Translations under genes and position numbers: made by a program
Shown here: positions 37,940-48,405 of the stretch, in pieces
Position numbering within the stretch: the stretch's first letter is position 1
How the letters are laid out: each line of letters starts with the position of its first letter
Notes under the pieces: model-generated
The model's input: the letters and a program-made list of their open reading frames with translations, nothing else
What the model was told of the DNA's origin: nothing
Database searches by the model: none
Assembly (NCBI GenBank): GCA_049584355.1
Contig: JBAUXQ010000121.1
Span: 1 to 56,927, forward strand
Direction of reading: 5' to 3'
DNA length: 56,927 bases
DNA from: Roseiarcus sp.
GTDB taxonomy: Bacteria; Pseudomonadota; Alphaproteobacteria; Rhizobiales; Beijerinckiaceae

Positions 37940-39583
37940 CGCTGACAACCCGAAGGAGAGGAAACATGAGAAAGACTTTCACCAGTATCGGATTCGGCGC
38001 GCTTGGCGGCGCGGCGATGGCGACCCTGGGCGTCGCGCTGACGGCGCCCAGCTCCGCCTACGCCGATGACACGATCAAGATCGGCGCTTTGCTGATCGAC
38101 AGCGGACCGCTGGCTGGGCTCAAAGAGGGCCAGACGAAAGCCATCAACCTGGCGATCGATGAGATCAACGCCGCCGGAGGCGCCGCGGGCAAGAAGTTCG
38201 AAGCCGACTTTATCAGCTATCCGGGCACGCCCGACACCGCCGTGGACGGCGCGACGCGCGCTGTGCAGAAGGACGGGGCAATCTTCATCACCGGCATGTC
38301 GACATCGGCCGTCTCGCCCGCCCTTGCGGCGAAACTGCCGTCGCTCAACGCTCTCATGATGGAAGTCTACGCGCAGGCCGACGGGCTTACCGGCAAGGGG
38401 TGCTCAACCAACCTCTTCCGGGCCAACGTGAACGACTCGATGCTGATGAACGCGGACGGCGAGTTTCTGAAGGACAAGGGCATCAAGTCCTGGGACATCA
38501 TCGCGGTCGACTATTCGTCCGGCCACGACGCGGCCGAAAAGTTCAAAGCGCTGATCAAGTCGCAGGGCGGCTCGATCGGCAAGGTCCTGTTCACCCCGTC
38601 CGGAACCCCTGATTTCGGCGCCAAGATCTCCGAACTCGGCGCCGATCCCGCCGAAGGCCTCTTCGTGACCATCTTTGGCAGCGACGCCATCAACCTCGCC
38701 AAGCAGCAGGCGCAGTTCGGCCTGTTCAAGAAGTACAAGATGGTGCTCGGCAACTCGTTCGTCATCCCGCAAGTGCTGCCGGCGATGGGTGACACGGTGC
38801 TCGACGTCTACCAGACGCTTGGCTTCGTTCCGGGCGAGCCGGGCGCAGAGGCCGAAGCCTTCGTGAAGGCCTATCAGAGCAAATACGGCGCGCTGCCGCC
38901 CTACACCGCCGCCGACCAATATGCGGCCATTCAGTTGATGGCCGCCGCGATCAGCAAGGCGAACTCGACCGACGTCAACGCCGTCAGGACCGCGCTTGCC
39001 GGCCTGAAGACGACGACGGTGCTCGGCGACGTCGAGGTTCGCGCCGCTGACCATCAGACCGCCCGGCCGATCTTGATGAACCAGATCGTTAAGGGCGCAG
39101 ACGGAAAACCGATCTACGAGATCAAGAAAATCATGACCGGCGCCCAGGTGATCCCGCCGGTCGACCCGGCATGCAAAATGTGAGCGAACGACCGCAGCTA
39201 TGCGACGAGCCTACCCGAGAATCGGGGTCTCGTGACCGCGTAGCGCAGACAACCCGAAGGAGAGGAAACATGAGAAAGACTTTCATCAGCATCGGATTCA
39301 CCGCGCTTAGCCGCGCGGCGATGGCGACGCTAGGCGTCGCGCTGACGGTGACGACCGCGGCGTACGCGGCGGACACGATCAAGATCGGCGCCTTAATGAT
39401 CGACAGCGGACCGCTTGCCGGACTCAAGGAGTCCCAGATGAAAGCCGTCAACCTGGCGATCGACGAGATCAACGCCGCCGGAGGCGCCGCCGGAAAGAAA
39501 CTTGAAGCCGACTTCATCACTTATCCGGGCACGGTCGACACGGCCGTGGACGGCGCCACGCGCGCCGTCCAGAAGGATGGGGC
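37937..39583 (+). repeat. Diverged direct repeat, about 340 bp: 37937-38279 vs 39241-39583 (RBS plus SBP 5' end)
   Basis: Both begin TAGCGC(T/A)GACAACCCGAAGGAGAGGAAACATGAGAAAGACTTTCA and stay collinear at offset 1304 until GGGGC. Confidence 0.85.
37966..39183 (+). CDS. ABC transporter substrate-binding protein (LivJ-like)
   Basis: Signal peptide, IKIGAL, NLAIDEINAAGG, DFGAKISEL, RAADHQ. Confidence 0.92.
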   Translation: MRKTFTSIGFGALGGAAMATLGVALTAPSSAYADDTIKIGALLIDSGPLAGLKEGQTKAINLAIDEINAAGGAAGKKFEADFISYPGTPDTAVDGATRAVQKDGAIFITGMSTSAVSPALAAKLPSLNALMMEVYAQADGLTGKGCSTNLFRANVNDSMLMNADGEFLKDKGIKSWDIIAVDYSSGHDAAEKFKALIKSQGGSIGKVLFTPSGTPDFGAKISELGADPAEGLFVTIFGSDAINLAKQQAQFGLFKKYKMVLGNSFVIPQVLPAMGDTVLDVYQTLGFVPGEPGAEAEAFVKAYQSKYGALPPYTAADQYAAIQLMAAAISKANSTDVNAVRTALAGLKTTTVLGDVEVRAADHQTARPILMNQIVKGADGKPIYEIKKIMTGAQVIPPVDPACKM

Positions 39584-40576
39584 GACAAGTACGAGCTCAT
39601 CATTCAGAATCACGAAGGCAAACCGGCCTCTGCCATAGAGGCGGCGAAGAAACTTGTGGAGGAACAGGGCGTGTCCTTCTTTACCGGCCTCAATCCATCG
39701 ACCACTTCGCTCGCAATCGAGTCGAAGATGCCGGGTCTGAACGCATTATTTGTGGACGCCACGGCAGCCTCGAATGATCTTACCGGAAAGGGCTGCACGC
39801 CGAACTACTTTCGCATCGGCATCACGGACGGGATGCAGGTGAATACGTTCATCGAACTGGCAAAGCAGAGCGGCGTCAAGTCCTGGGATTTGATGATGGC
39901 GGACGTCGCCGTGGGCCACGATAGCGCGAAGCTGTTTGCCGAGGCGGCGAAAGCCAACGACGCCACCATAAACAAGATCCTATTCGCCCCGATCACTGCG
40001 TCTGACCTCGGCACTTACATTGCCCAACTCCTCGACCATCCCGCCGACGGGCTCTTCATGTACTACCCGTCCTCCGGCGGGATCGCTCTGATCAAGCAAC
40101 AGGCGCCCTTCAAATTGTTCGAAAAGTACAAGACGGTGCTCTCGTCGTCGATGGTGAACGAGATTCTCATCGGCGGGCAGGGCGACGCGAGTGTAGGTCT
40201 TTGGTCCGCGCAGAGCTACTTCTGGACGCTGCCAGGTGACCTCAACGCTTCCTTCGTCAAGGCGTTCGAGGAACGCTTCAAGCGCAAACCGACCTATATC
40301 GACGCCGACGCCTATCTGTCGCTTGATCTCGTTCATCAGGCGATCCTCAAGGCCGGAACGACGGACGTTGATGCCGTCCGCAAGGCCCTCGAGGGACTCA
40401 AAACAACGACGATTGTCGGCGAGGTCGAGATGCGCGCTGCCGACCATCAGCTTCTTCGGCCGCTGGTCGTGGTGCAGGCAACCAAAGTCGGCGAAGGCAA
40501 GGGCGAAATCACGATGCGATCCGTCCTTGCGCGCGACGTGATCCAACCGGCGGTGAGTCCAGAATGCAAGATGTAG
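39270..40576 (+). pseudogene. Out-of-frame chimera of two substrate-binding protein genes (5' fragment 39270-39583 plus 3' fragment 39581-40576)
   Basis: The 5' part is a near copy of the upstream SBP up to QKDGA. The -1 frame then reads GDKYELIIQNHEGKPASAIEAAKKLVEEQGVSFFTG, a different paralog restarting about 29 residues earlier, without a signal peptide. Confidence 0.8.
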
Positions 40577-40695
40577 CGATTGGCCGGCGGGAAGCGAATT
40601 CACCGGATGAGGCGTCGTCAGCTCGTCGCATGAAGCGACGCCTCCACTCACCATGATGTGCGGCGGTTGCCGCGGAGAGGGCAGGGCGATCGCAA

Positions 40696-42252
40696 ATGCA
40701 GGGAACGCAATTTCTGCGGCAAGCGGTAGCTTGCCAACCAAACGGCACAGCGACCATCAGCGGCTCCCGCCGGCGTACCTGGAGGGAGGTAGGCGACCGG
40801 GTGCCGCGTCTCGCCGCCGCGCTGCGCTGCGTCGGCATAGCGGACGGCGCGTTCGTGGCGGCGCTGGCCTTCAATTCCGACCGATACGTCGAACTGTTCT
40901 TCGCAGTGCCTTGGGCCGGCGGCGCGTTTGCCCCGCTCAACATTCGCTGGTCGGCGCCCGAGAACGCCTATGCGCTAACGGATTCCCATGCCTCGGTCCT
41001 GTTCGTGGACGAGGCCTTCATCGACCAGGCGCGTGAGCTCCAGCGCCAACTCGATTGGGTGAAGACACTCGTTTTCATGGGCGAGGGTGAAACCCCCGAC
41101 GGCATGATTGGATATGAGGATCTAATTGCAGAACACCCGCCGATGGAGGACTCCAACCGGTGCGGCGAAGATCTGTGGGTTATATTCTACACCAGCGGAA
41201 CTACTGCGCATCCAAAGGGCGTGATGATGTCGCATCGCGCCTTGTTTGTCGCGACGCTCGGCTACCTCGCGATGCTGCCGAACATTGAGGACCTCAGCTT
41301 TCTCTACGTCGCCGGGTTCTTCCACTTCGCCGGGGCGAGCGCGCTCCTCTATATCACGGTGTCGGGCGGCACGCATGTCCTGCTGCCAAAATTCGAACCC
41401 GTACCAGTCATGCAGGCGATCTCCGAGCACCGAATCACCAACATGGTGCTCGTCCCGACGATGATCAACATGCTTATTCACCACCCTGACTTTGAGTCCT
41501 ACGATCTTTCAAGCTTGCGCACGTGTGTGTACGGGGGCTCCCCGATGCCCGAGGCGCTCATGCAACTTGCCATTCAGAAGCTGCCGACCTGGCGCTTCTA
41601 TCAGATCTTTGGCATGACCGAGACCGGCGGTTTCGCGAGCATGCTGCGCTGGCGCGATCACATTCTTTCCGGGCCCAAAGCCTCGCGATTGCGCTCGGCC
41701 GGACAGCCCGCGCCCGGTAATGAGATCAAGATCAAGTTGGCCGACGGGACTTTCGCGCCCCCCAACACCCTCGGGGAGATCATCGTACGCAGCGACTCGT
41801 TGATGTCGGGATACCTCAACAATAGGGAGGCGACCTCGGCTGTGATGCGGGACGGTTGGATGTGGACCGGGGACGCGGGGACTATCGACGAAGACGGATT
41901 TCTCTATGTGGCCGACCGCGTCAAAGATATGGTCGTTACCGGCGGCGAAAATGTCTATTCGATCGAGGTCGAACGCGTCCTCTTCCAACATCCAGCCGTT
42001 CGCGAAGCCGCCGTGATCGGGATTCCGAGCGAGCAGTGGGGCGAGAGCGTGCACGCGGTCATCGTGCTGCGGGACGGCGCCAGCGCGACGCCGGAGGAGC
42101 TGACAGCGCATTGCCGCAAGCTGATTGGCGGCTACAAGATTCCACGAAGCTACGAATTCCGCACGGAGCCGCTGCCCGTAACATCGGTTGGCAAGGTGCG
42201 CAAGAACGTGTTGCGCGATCGCTGGTGGAAGGGACGCGAGCGGAAGATATAA
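40696..42252 (+). CDS. Long-chain fatty-acid-CoA ligase family
   Basis: FYTSGTTAHPKG, FGMTET, WTGDAG, DRVKDMVVTGGENVYS. Confidence 0.93.
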   Translation: MQGTQFLRQAVACQPNGTATISGSRRRTWREVGDRVPRLAAALRCVGIADGAFVAALAFNSDRYVELFFAVPWAGGAFAPLNIRWSAPENAYALTDSHASVLFVDEAFIDQARELQRQLDWVKTLVFMGEGETPDGMIGYEDLIAEHPPMEDSNRCGEDLWVIFYTSGTTAHPKGVMMSHRALFVATLGYLAMLPNIEDLSFLYVAGFFHFAGASALLYITVSGGTHVLLPKFEPVPVMQAISEHRITNMVLVPTMINMLIHHPDFESYDLSSLRTCVYGGSPMPEALMQLAIQKLPTWRFYQIFGMTETGGFASMLRWRDHILSGPKASRLRSAGQPAPGNEIKIKLADGTFAPPNTLGEIIVRSDSLMSGYLNNREATSAVMRDGWMWTGDAGTIDEDGFLYVADRVKDMVVTGGENVYSIEVERVLFQHPAVREAAVIGIPSEQWGESVHAVIVLRDGASATPEELTAHCRKLIGGYKIPRSYEFRTEPLPVTSVGKVRKNVLRDRWWKGRERKI

Positions 42253-42305
42253 CAAAAAGGGTTAGACGTCGTATTGACGTCTGGCGTACCGCCGCGCGTA
42301 GCGGA

Positions 42306-43325
42306 TCAATTGACCAAAGACACCTTGCCGAAATGCGCGGCTGAATCGAGACGGTCGAAGCCGGCGCGGATGTCCGCCATCCGGAAGCTCGAATCGATGC
42401 ACGGCTTCACCAGGCCGCGATTGAAGACGTCGAGCAACTGACGGAATTCTCCGACGCTCCCGCCGGTCGATCCGTAGATCTCCAGCTGACGGATGAACAC
42501 GCGCTGGAGATCGGCCGGAGGATTGCCGCCCGTCGTCGCGCCGCAGGTGACGAGCCGTCCGCCCCGACGGAGCGACTTCAGCGACTCGCTCCAGCTTGCT
42601 TCCCCGACGCTGTCGATTACTATGTCGACGCCGCCACCGCTCATCTCGAGGATCGCCTTGGACACTCGGTCTTTGCGATAGTTGACCCCGGCCTGGGCGC
42701 CCATATTCACCGCGCGCGCGATCTTGGCGTCGCTCGATGAGGTAACAAAGATGGAAGCCCCGACCATCTTCGCCAGTTGAAGGCAGGCGACCGCGACTCC
42801 GCCACCGATTCCGACGATCAATACGCTTTCGCCCCGCTCCAGCGTTTTCTTGCCGAACAGCATGCGCCAGGCCGTAAGGTGCCCCGTCATCAGGGCGCCC
42901 GCGGCGACAACGTCGGCGTCGTCCGGCAACGGAAAGAAGCAGTGACTCGGCATCGCGACGTAGTCCGCGAAGCCACCATCTCGATGCTCGCCCATGATCT
43001 TCACGCGTTCGCAAAGCGGCTGATCGCCGGCAAGGCAGTAGCGGCACTTTCCGCAAAACGCGTCAGGATAGAGGATCGCCTTCATGCCCGGCTTGAGGCC
43101 GCTGTCAGGCGCGGCCTCGACCACTTCGCCTGCGGCTTCCACGCCCATCACCTGCGGCAGCGAGTGAGTGATGCCCACCCCGCTGTCGCGCATGTAGAGA
43201 TCAACCCGGTTGATCGACGAAGCGGCCACGCGCAGAACGGACTCGCCCGGCGCCGGTCTCGGATCGGGAAAGTCGCGCCAGCTTACACCCTCGACGCCGC
43301 GTCGCTCCAATACCGCAGCCTTCAC
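42306..43325 (-). CDS. Zinc-binding MDR alcohol dehydrogenase/quinone oxidoreductase family
   Basis: GTG start overlapping the TetR stop. CGKCRYCLAGDQPLC, GIGGGVA, GRLVTCGATTG, FGKV. Confidence 0.9.
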   Translation of the reverse strand: MKAAVLERRGVEGVSWRDFPDPRPAPGESVLRVAASSINRVDLYMRDSGVGITHSLPQVMGVEAAGEVVEAAPDSGLKPGMKAILYPDAFCGKCRYCLAGDQPLCERVKIMGEHRDGGFADYVAMPSHCFFPLPDDADVVAAGALMTGHLTAWRMLFGKKTLERGESVLIVGIGGGVAVACLQLAKMVGASIFVTSSSDAKIARAVNMGAQAGVNYRKDRVSKAILEMSGGGVDIVIDSVGEASWSESLKSLRRGGRLVTCGATTGGNPPADLQRVFIRQLEIYGSTGGSVGEFRQLLDVFNRGLVKPCIDSSFRMADIRAGFDRLDSAAHFGKVSLVN

Positions 43326-44044
43326 ACTCGCCTCCCTGTTTCGTCGCTTTCGGGCGCGTCTGATCCTTTGCGTATGTCTTCGATCGGGGATGTCAACGGA
43401 GCCTCGAGCATGGCGACAGCAGCGTCGATGAAATTGCCGAGCGGATCGGACGCGCTCCAAGGCTCGGCATGGGAGCGGTTCTCGTCCAGCGCGCCCTCGA
43501 GAACGGCGAAGATGGAAGACGACGCCCAGAAGTAGAACAGGACACGCTGGTCCTTGGCGCTATCGGGCATCGGCGGCATCAATCGGCGGATGTGGCGCAG
43601 CGCGCGGTTGTAAGCGGAGAATCCAAGCTTGGCGACGGTGTCGGTGACCAGACGGCGACGGGTGTGCAGGAGAGTGGCGAAGAAGCGCGCGCTCGCCTCG
43701 TCGCCTTCGCCCGCGTTCGGCTGTGGCCCTCGTCGCACAAGGATCTGGACGACTTCACGAACAGAGTTCGGGCCGCCCGCGGCTTCGAGCGCGGTCAATG
43801 CCCGGTCCAGGCGCGCGTTCGCCGCCGCGAGCGCGTCCCGGATCAGCGTCTCGATCAGTTCTTCCTTCGATCCGAAATAGTAATTGAGCGCCGAAACGTT
43901 CTTTCCGCCCGCCTCCCCGACAATGTCGCGCACCGTGACGGCGTCGACGCCGTTCAGGGCGAAGAGCCTGCGCGCCGCGCGCTTGATCCGCTCGCGGGTC
44001 GTGAGGTCGTCGGGCGTGTTTGCGCTCGAGGGTTCCACCAACAT
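43322..44044 (-). CDS. TetR/AcrR family transcriptional regulator
   Basis: TRERIKRAARRLFALNGVDAVTVRDIV...ALNYYFGSKEELI helix-turn-helix. Confidence 0.92.
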   Translation of the reverse strand: MLVEPSSANTPDDLTTRERIKRAARRLFALNGVDAVTVRDIVGEAGGKNVSALNYYFGSKEELIETLIRDALAAANARLDRALTALEAAGGPNSVREVVQILVRRGPQPNAGEGDEASARFFATLLHTRRRLVTDTVAKLGFSAYNRALRHIRRLMPPMPDSAKDQRVLFYFWASSSIFAVLEGALDENRSHAEPWSASDPLGNFIDAAVAMLEAPLTSPIEDIRKGSDAPESDETGRRV

Positions 44045-44156
44045 CTCGCCTCTGCTCAAGCCGAGAATCTGTATTGCCATTCTGGAACATTCGTATTAAA
44101 CGATTGCATTAACCAACGCAACCGAGCGCTGCCACTCGAACGAGTCTTTTCAACTC

Positions 44157-45242
44157 ATGATTTCCTTTGCGCTGACCGAGGAGCAGGAGATTGCCCGCGC
44201 GACGGCGGCCGATTTCGCCCGCTCGGTTCTCTCCGCGACGGCGCGGGCGACGGACGAAGCGGCGGCGCTGCCCGCGACGCTCCAGGCCACCGCCTGGGCG
44301 CTTGGCCTTGTCCAGACGATCGCCGACGCTGGGCCCGGATCACTCGAGCAGCCAACCGTCCTGAACGCCCTCATGCTCGAAGAACTGGCGCGCGGCGACG
44401 CCGCGGCCGCCGTGGCGATCGCCGCGCCGCTTGGCTTCGTCAAGGCGGTGGCGGACCAGGGTACGGAGCGTCAGCGGCAGGAGTTGCTGCCGCTTTTCGC
44501 TGCCGACGCGCCGCGCCTCGCCGCGATCGCCTATGTCGACGTGGGATGGTTCCAGGGCGCCGCCCGACCCACGACGGCGACCAAAGTTGCGGGCGGCTTC
44601 CGGCTTGAAGGGGTGAAGGGCCTGATCCCGCTCGCAAGTCGGTGCAGCCATGTCCTTGTGACCGCCGAGAGCGACGTCGGAGCGCAGGCATTCATTGTTC
44701 CGATGGAGTCGAACGGCGTGACAGTCCACCCTCCGCGCGGCACGCTAGGACTCCGCGCGCTTGCGATGGCGGACGTCGCGCTGGACAGCGTCTTCGTTGC
44801 CGACTCCGCTCGCCTCGGCGAGGATTCCGTCGCCGACGTTCAGCGGATCGTTGATCAGTCGCGCGTCGCGCTCAGCGCGATCTTGTCCGGACTGTCGCGC
44901 GCCGTCCTCGACGCGGCGCTCCCCTACACAAAAGAGCGGGTCGTGCACGGCCAGGCGATTGCGAAGAAGCAGAGCGTCGCGTTCAAGATCGCCGACATGC
45001 ATATCGCAATCGAGGCCATGCGGTGGATGGGGCTGCGAGCGGCGACTGAAATCGACGCCAGACAACCCGCAACCCGGAGCGCTCGTCTCGCGCAGGTCTA
45101 CGCCTCCAACGCCGCCGTGCGGATCGCCGACGAAGGCGTGCAAATCTTCGGCGGCCACGGCTTCGTGCGCGATCTGCCGCTTGAGATGTGGTACCGCAAC
45201 GCCCGCTCTCTTTCCGTCCTCGATGGGCTGGTCGGCGCATGA
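44157..45242 (+). CDS. Acyl-CoA dehydrogenase (FadE24-like, probable partner subunit)
   Basis: GTLGLRAL, QSVAFKIADM, VQIFGGHGF. Short C-terminus WYRNARSLSVLDG. Confidence 0.85.
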   Translation: MISFALTEEQEIARATAADFARSVLSATARATDEAAALPATLQATAWALGLVQTIADAGPGSLEQPTVLNALMLEELARGDAAAAVAIAAPLGFVKAVADQGTERQRQELLPLFAADAPRLAAIAYVDVGWFQGAARPTTATKVAGGFRLEGVKGLIPLASRCSHVLVTAESDVGAQAFIVPMESNGVTVHPPRGTLGLRALAMADVALDSVFVADSARLGEDSVADVQRIVDQSRVALSAILSGLSRAVLDAALPYTKERVVHGQAIAKKQSVAFKIADMHIAIEAMRWMGLRAATEIDARQPATRSARLAQVYASNAAVRIADEGVQIFGGHGFVRDLPLEMWYRNARSLSVLDGLVGA

Positions 45243-45261
45243 GACCGTGGGGCGCCGCCCG

Positions 45262-46404
45262 ATGATCAGTTTCGCCTTCACCGATAGGGACCGCGAGATT
45301 TTGGAGGAAGCTCGCCGGCAGGCCGAGATCGCGGTTCGATACGCGCGCAACTTCGAGGACGACGAAGACGCAATGCTGCCTGCGAGCTACCCTGAAGCCG
45401 AGGGGCGGCCGGACACGCGCGCCATGCTCGAGGCGCACGCTGATGAGATCAGCGGAAGCAAGATCATCGGCGCGCTGATCTATCTCTGGGACTGGTACGG
45501 CGGCGTGCCTTTGCGCGAGCACCGCTATTCGCTTGGCAACACCGTGCTCAAGATCGCCGGCACGCCCGAACAATACGCGCGCTGGGGCGAGAAGACGATC
45601 GCGATCGGCCTCACCGAGCCGATCGGTGGGTCCGACCCCGCGTCGGTGCGCGCGACCGCGACCTGGGACCCGGCGACCAGCGAATGGGTCGTCAACGGCG
45701 AGAAAATCTTCATCACGTACGCGCAAAGCTGCGACGCCGTGCTGGCGCTTACGCGGATGATCTGTCCCGACCGGCCACCGAGGCTCTCGACCGTCATGAT
45801 CGAGAAGGGGACGCCAGGCTTTTCCGTCGGCCCGCAGATCCGCAAGATGGGGATCCGCTTCGAAGACACGGCGGGACTTTCCTTCGTCGACTGCCGCATC
45901 CCGGCCTTCAATCACATCGGTGGCGACCTCAAGCGGACGTTGATGTCCTTCAGCGAGTCGCGTCCCGTCGTCGCGGCCTACGCGCTCGGCGTGTCGCGCG
46001 CTGCGATGGACTTTACCTGGGCGCGGCTCGGCGAAATCGATATTGCTCCGGACTACAACGCCACAATCACGCAACGATCAGCCGCGGCTGACCGTATGCT
46101 CGCGCTCGAGGCGGAGTGGGAGGCGACATGGATTTCGGTCCTGCGCGCGAAATGGATCGAACAGAATGAGGGCCCCGGCAAGATCGACTCTTCTGTCGCC
46201 AAGGCGCTGGGCGGCATGCTTGCGCGCCGAGCAACGCAGGTCTGCATCGAGGTGCTCGGCGCCTGCGGCCTCTCGGCCGCCTATCTGGTGGAAAAATGCT
46301 TTCGGGATGCCCGCATTTTCGACATCTATGAAGGAACTGGCGAGATCCAGCGCCTCATCATCGCCCGCGAACTGCTTGGCTACACGCCGAAGGAACTGAA
46401 TTAG
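45262..46404 (+). CDS. Acyl-CoA dehydrogenase (FadE23-like)
   Basis: GLTEPIGGSD, VNGEKIFIT, KMGIRFEDTA, RDARIFDIYEGTGEIQRLIIAR. Confidence 0.9.
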   Translation: MISFAFTDRDREILEEARRQAEIAVRYARNFEDDEDAMLPASYPEAEGRPDTRAMLEAHADEISGSKIIGALIYLWDWYGGVPLREHRYSLGNTVLKIAGTPEQYARWGEKTIAIGLTEPIGGSDPASVRATATWDPATSEWVVNGEKIFITYAQSCDAVLALTRMICPDRPPRLSTVMIEKGTPGFSVGPQIRKMGIRFEDTAGLSFVDCRIPAFNHIGGDLKRTLMSFSESRPVVAAYALGVSRAAMDFTWARLGEIDIAPDYNATITQRSAAADRMLALEAEWEATWISVLRAKWIEQNEGPGKIDSSVAKALGGMLARRATQVCIEVLGACGLSAAYLVEKCFRDARIFDIYEGTGEIQRLIIARELLGYTPKELN

Positions 46405-46642
46405 CCGGGGTCGTGGCAATGCCCTCATGCCCGGAATGCGACACGGCGCCAGAACCTAGGGGACTGTCGCCGTCGCGCAGGCGAACAAGCGCGAATCGCC
46501 TGGAGCTTGCTCACTAGCGACAGCGCCTATGACGCCGGCCTTTCGGTTCGCGCAGCCTGACAGCAAAGCCCAAGCGAAAGGATCAATATCCTAACCCAAA
46601 TTTGCAATTGATTGGCGGAATCTGGCGAAACGAGGATCGGCG

Positions 46643-47119
46643 CTAAGCCGCGTCGGAGTCCTCGTCGTCCTCGGTGTCGCCGATGATGGCGAGGAGATTT
46701 TCCTTCATCCCGCGAAGGGCGCGCACGGTCGCCTTCAGATCCGCCGCGTCGATCTTTTCAAGAATTTCCTTCTCGGTCACGGTCACGCTGTCCCGGATGC
46801 GCGCAATAAGAGCGTGACTGCGCTTGGTGAGATAGACCCGCTTAACCCGTCGGTCCTCTTCGTCGGGCCTACGAGACACAAATCCGGTCTTCTCGAGGCG
46901 ATCGATCAACTGACCGAGCGCGACCTTTCCCAGGTCGAGTTCGTCAGCAAGCGCCACCTGCGACATGCCGTCCGATCGCGAGAGAAAGGCGAGCACCCAC
47001 CATTGCGAGCGCGTGACGCGCAGAGGCTTCAGCGCCCGGTCAACCACGCGCCGCCGCAGCCGCGACACATCGTGGACGAGAAACCCGAGCCGCAGCTCCC
47101 AATCCAGATCTGGCGCCAT
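46643..47119 (-). CDS. MarR family transcriptional regulator (paralog of 15281-15787)
   Basis: LGFLVHDVSRLRRRVVDRALKPL, TRSQWWVLAFLSR, DRRVKRVYLT. Confidence 0.92.
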   Translation of the reverse strand: MAPDLDWELRLGFLVHDVSRLRRRVVDRALKPLRVTRSQWWVLAFLSRSDGMSQVALADELDLGKVALGQLIDRLEKTGFVSRRPDEEDRRVKRVYLTKRSHALIARIRDSVTVTEKEILEKIDAADLKATVRALRGMKENLLAIIGDTEDDEDSDAA

Positions 47120-47408
47120 CTTGGCCTCGAAGAGCGGCCCCAAGGAAATGCGTCCGCTACGTGACGAAACGAACAGTGGCCAAGAACCGCACCCGCCGCA
47201 AGCGCCCGGATGAGAAACCGCGCGCGTGCGACGCGATTTCTCAGATCTTGCGTTCGTGCCCAACCCGCCGGTCGCGTAACACGTTATCGCGTATGTTCCG
47301 TTGTGTTCGCAGAGGAGTTCAGACGCAAACCTGGTTAGTGCGATTTGTACGTACCCGGTCGCGCGGTAAGTGCGCTATTCAAGAAGCAATATGCCAGAAT
47401 CGATCCGG

Positions 47409-48176
47409 TCATTGTTCGTGGAAGCGAGGCGGTTCTGCCCTTCGACTGGGATGAATTGCCCAAGGGCCGTCTTTGGCCGAGTTCCTCTCGGCCGCCGCCG
47501 TGGATGCCATGACGCGATCTGCGCCGCGCCTTTTGAGTACTCGTGGCGGCCAAGGCGTCGCGCTCGACCATCTGACATGGCTGGTGTCATTGATCGATTT
47601 GACGGTGATTTTTTCTCTTTTGTATTCGATGACGTTGATGCAGCATGGATCCTGCGCAAGTCGCCAGTAAGCGGAGAGAGGCTGGTCTAGCAATTGCAGC
47701 AGCAACGCGCGATTTACGCTGTCGTGTCCAACAAGAACGATGAGATCGTCGGGAAAGCTTTCGACGGCTGCGCGGAAAGCGTCTGCCGATCTTAACACGA
47801 TATCCTGCAACGACTCACCAAACGGGAAACGCGTAAGGTGGGGCATGGACCGCCATTGCTCGTAGGCGGCCGGCCATTGCTCCTTAACCTCGTCATACGT
47901 CTTCCACTGCCAATCGCCGTAGTTGAGGTCCTGCAGGCTGGCGCTGACGGCCGCCTGGAGGCCACACGCTTCGGCGATCACTCGCCCAGTTGTTACACAG
48001 CGCTCAAGTGGGCTGGTCTGTACCGCCACGGGCCGCCACGTAGAGGCAATCCGATCAGCGGTCATTTTCGCTTCTTGCAGTCCCTGCTCGGAAAGTGGGA
48101 GCGGGTGTTGGCCACGAAAACGTGGTGGGTTTATTCCCTCAACGTGACCGTGCCGGGCCAGGATGATCGTGGTCAT
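47409..48176 (-). CDS. Histidine phosphatase / phosphoglycerate mutase family protein
   Basis: IILARHG, SPLERC, DLNYGDWQ, GESL, VLVGHD, INDTSHV. Strong GGAGGGGAGG RBS. The last ~50 aa look non-conserved. Confidence 0.9.
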   Translation of the reverse strand: MTTIILARHGHVEGINPPRFRGQHPLPLSEQGLQEAKMTADRIASTWRPVAVQTSPLERCVTTGRVIAEACGLQAAVSASLQDLNYGDWQWKTYDEVKEQWPAAYEQWRSMPHLTRFPFGESLQDIVLRSADAFRAAVESFPDDLIVLVGHDSVNRALLLQLLDQPLSAYWRLAQDPCCINVIEYKREKITVKSINDTSHVRWSSATPWPPRVLKRRGADRVMASTAAAERNSAKDGPWAIHPSRRAEPPRFHEQ

Positions 48177-48405
48177 CACGCCTCCCCTCCCGAGAAGCCG
48201 CGGGCCGCGCTGTGGCAGCATGGTTTCGAAAGCGGATAACCTGGACCCAATGTTTCGCACCCCGAGGCGGAACAGAGGCGTTCATCGTCAGTGCGATGGG
48301 CTGAATAGTCTAAGGAAGTTTTCGACATCGGCGAACTCCGGGCGCATCGGACCCGAAGTGCGCACCGCCACACTCTCGACGGAATCCCACCACGGTCCAC
48401 GTGAC

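Noticed and set aside
39575..39600. Programmed -1 frameshift producing a full SBP
   Set aside because: No slippery heptamer, and the product would carry a duplicated ~29-aa segment; deletion explains it better.
44083..44111. Possible tandem TetR operator TGGAACATTCGTATTAAACGATTGCATTA
   Set aside because: Plausible position, but symmetry is weak and there is no second instance to support it.
47332..47349. Seventh copy of the MarR palindrome upstream of the second marR (TGGTTAGTGCGATTTGTA)
   Set aside because: Only one half-site matches.
47409..47570. Extra C-terminal domain on the histidine phosphatase
   Set aside because: Looks like non-conserved read-through beyond the usual NDTSH terminus; no domain features.
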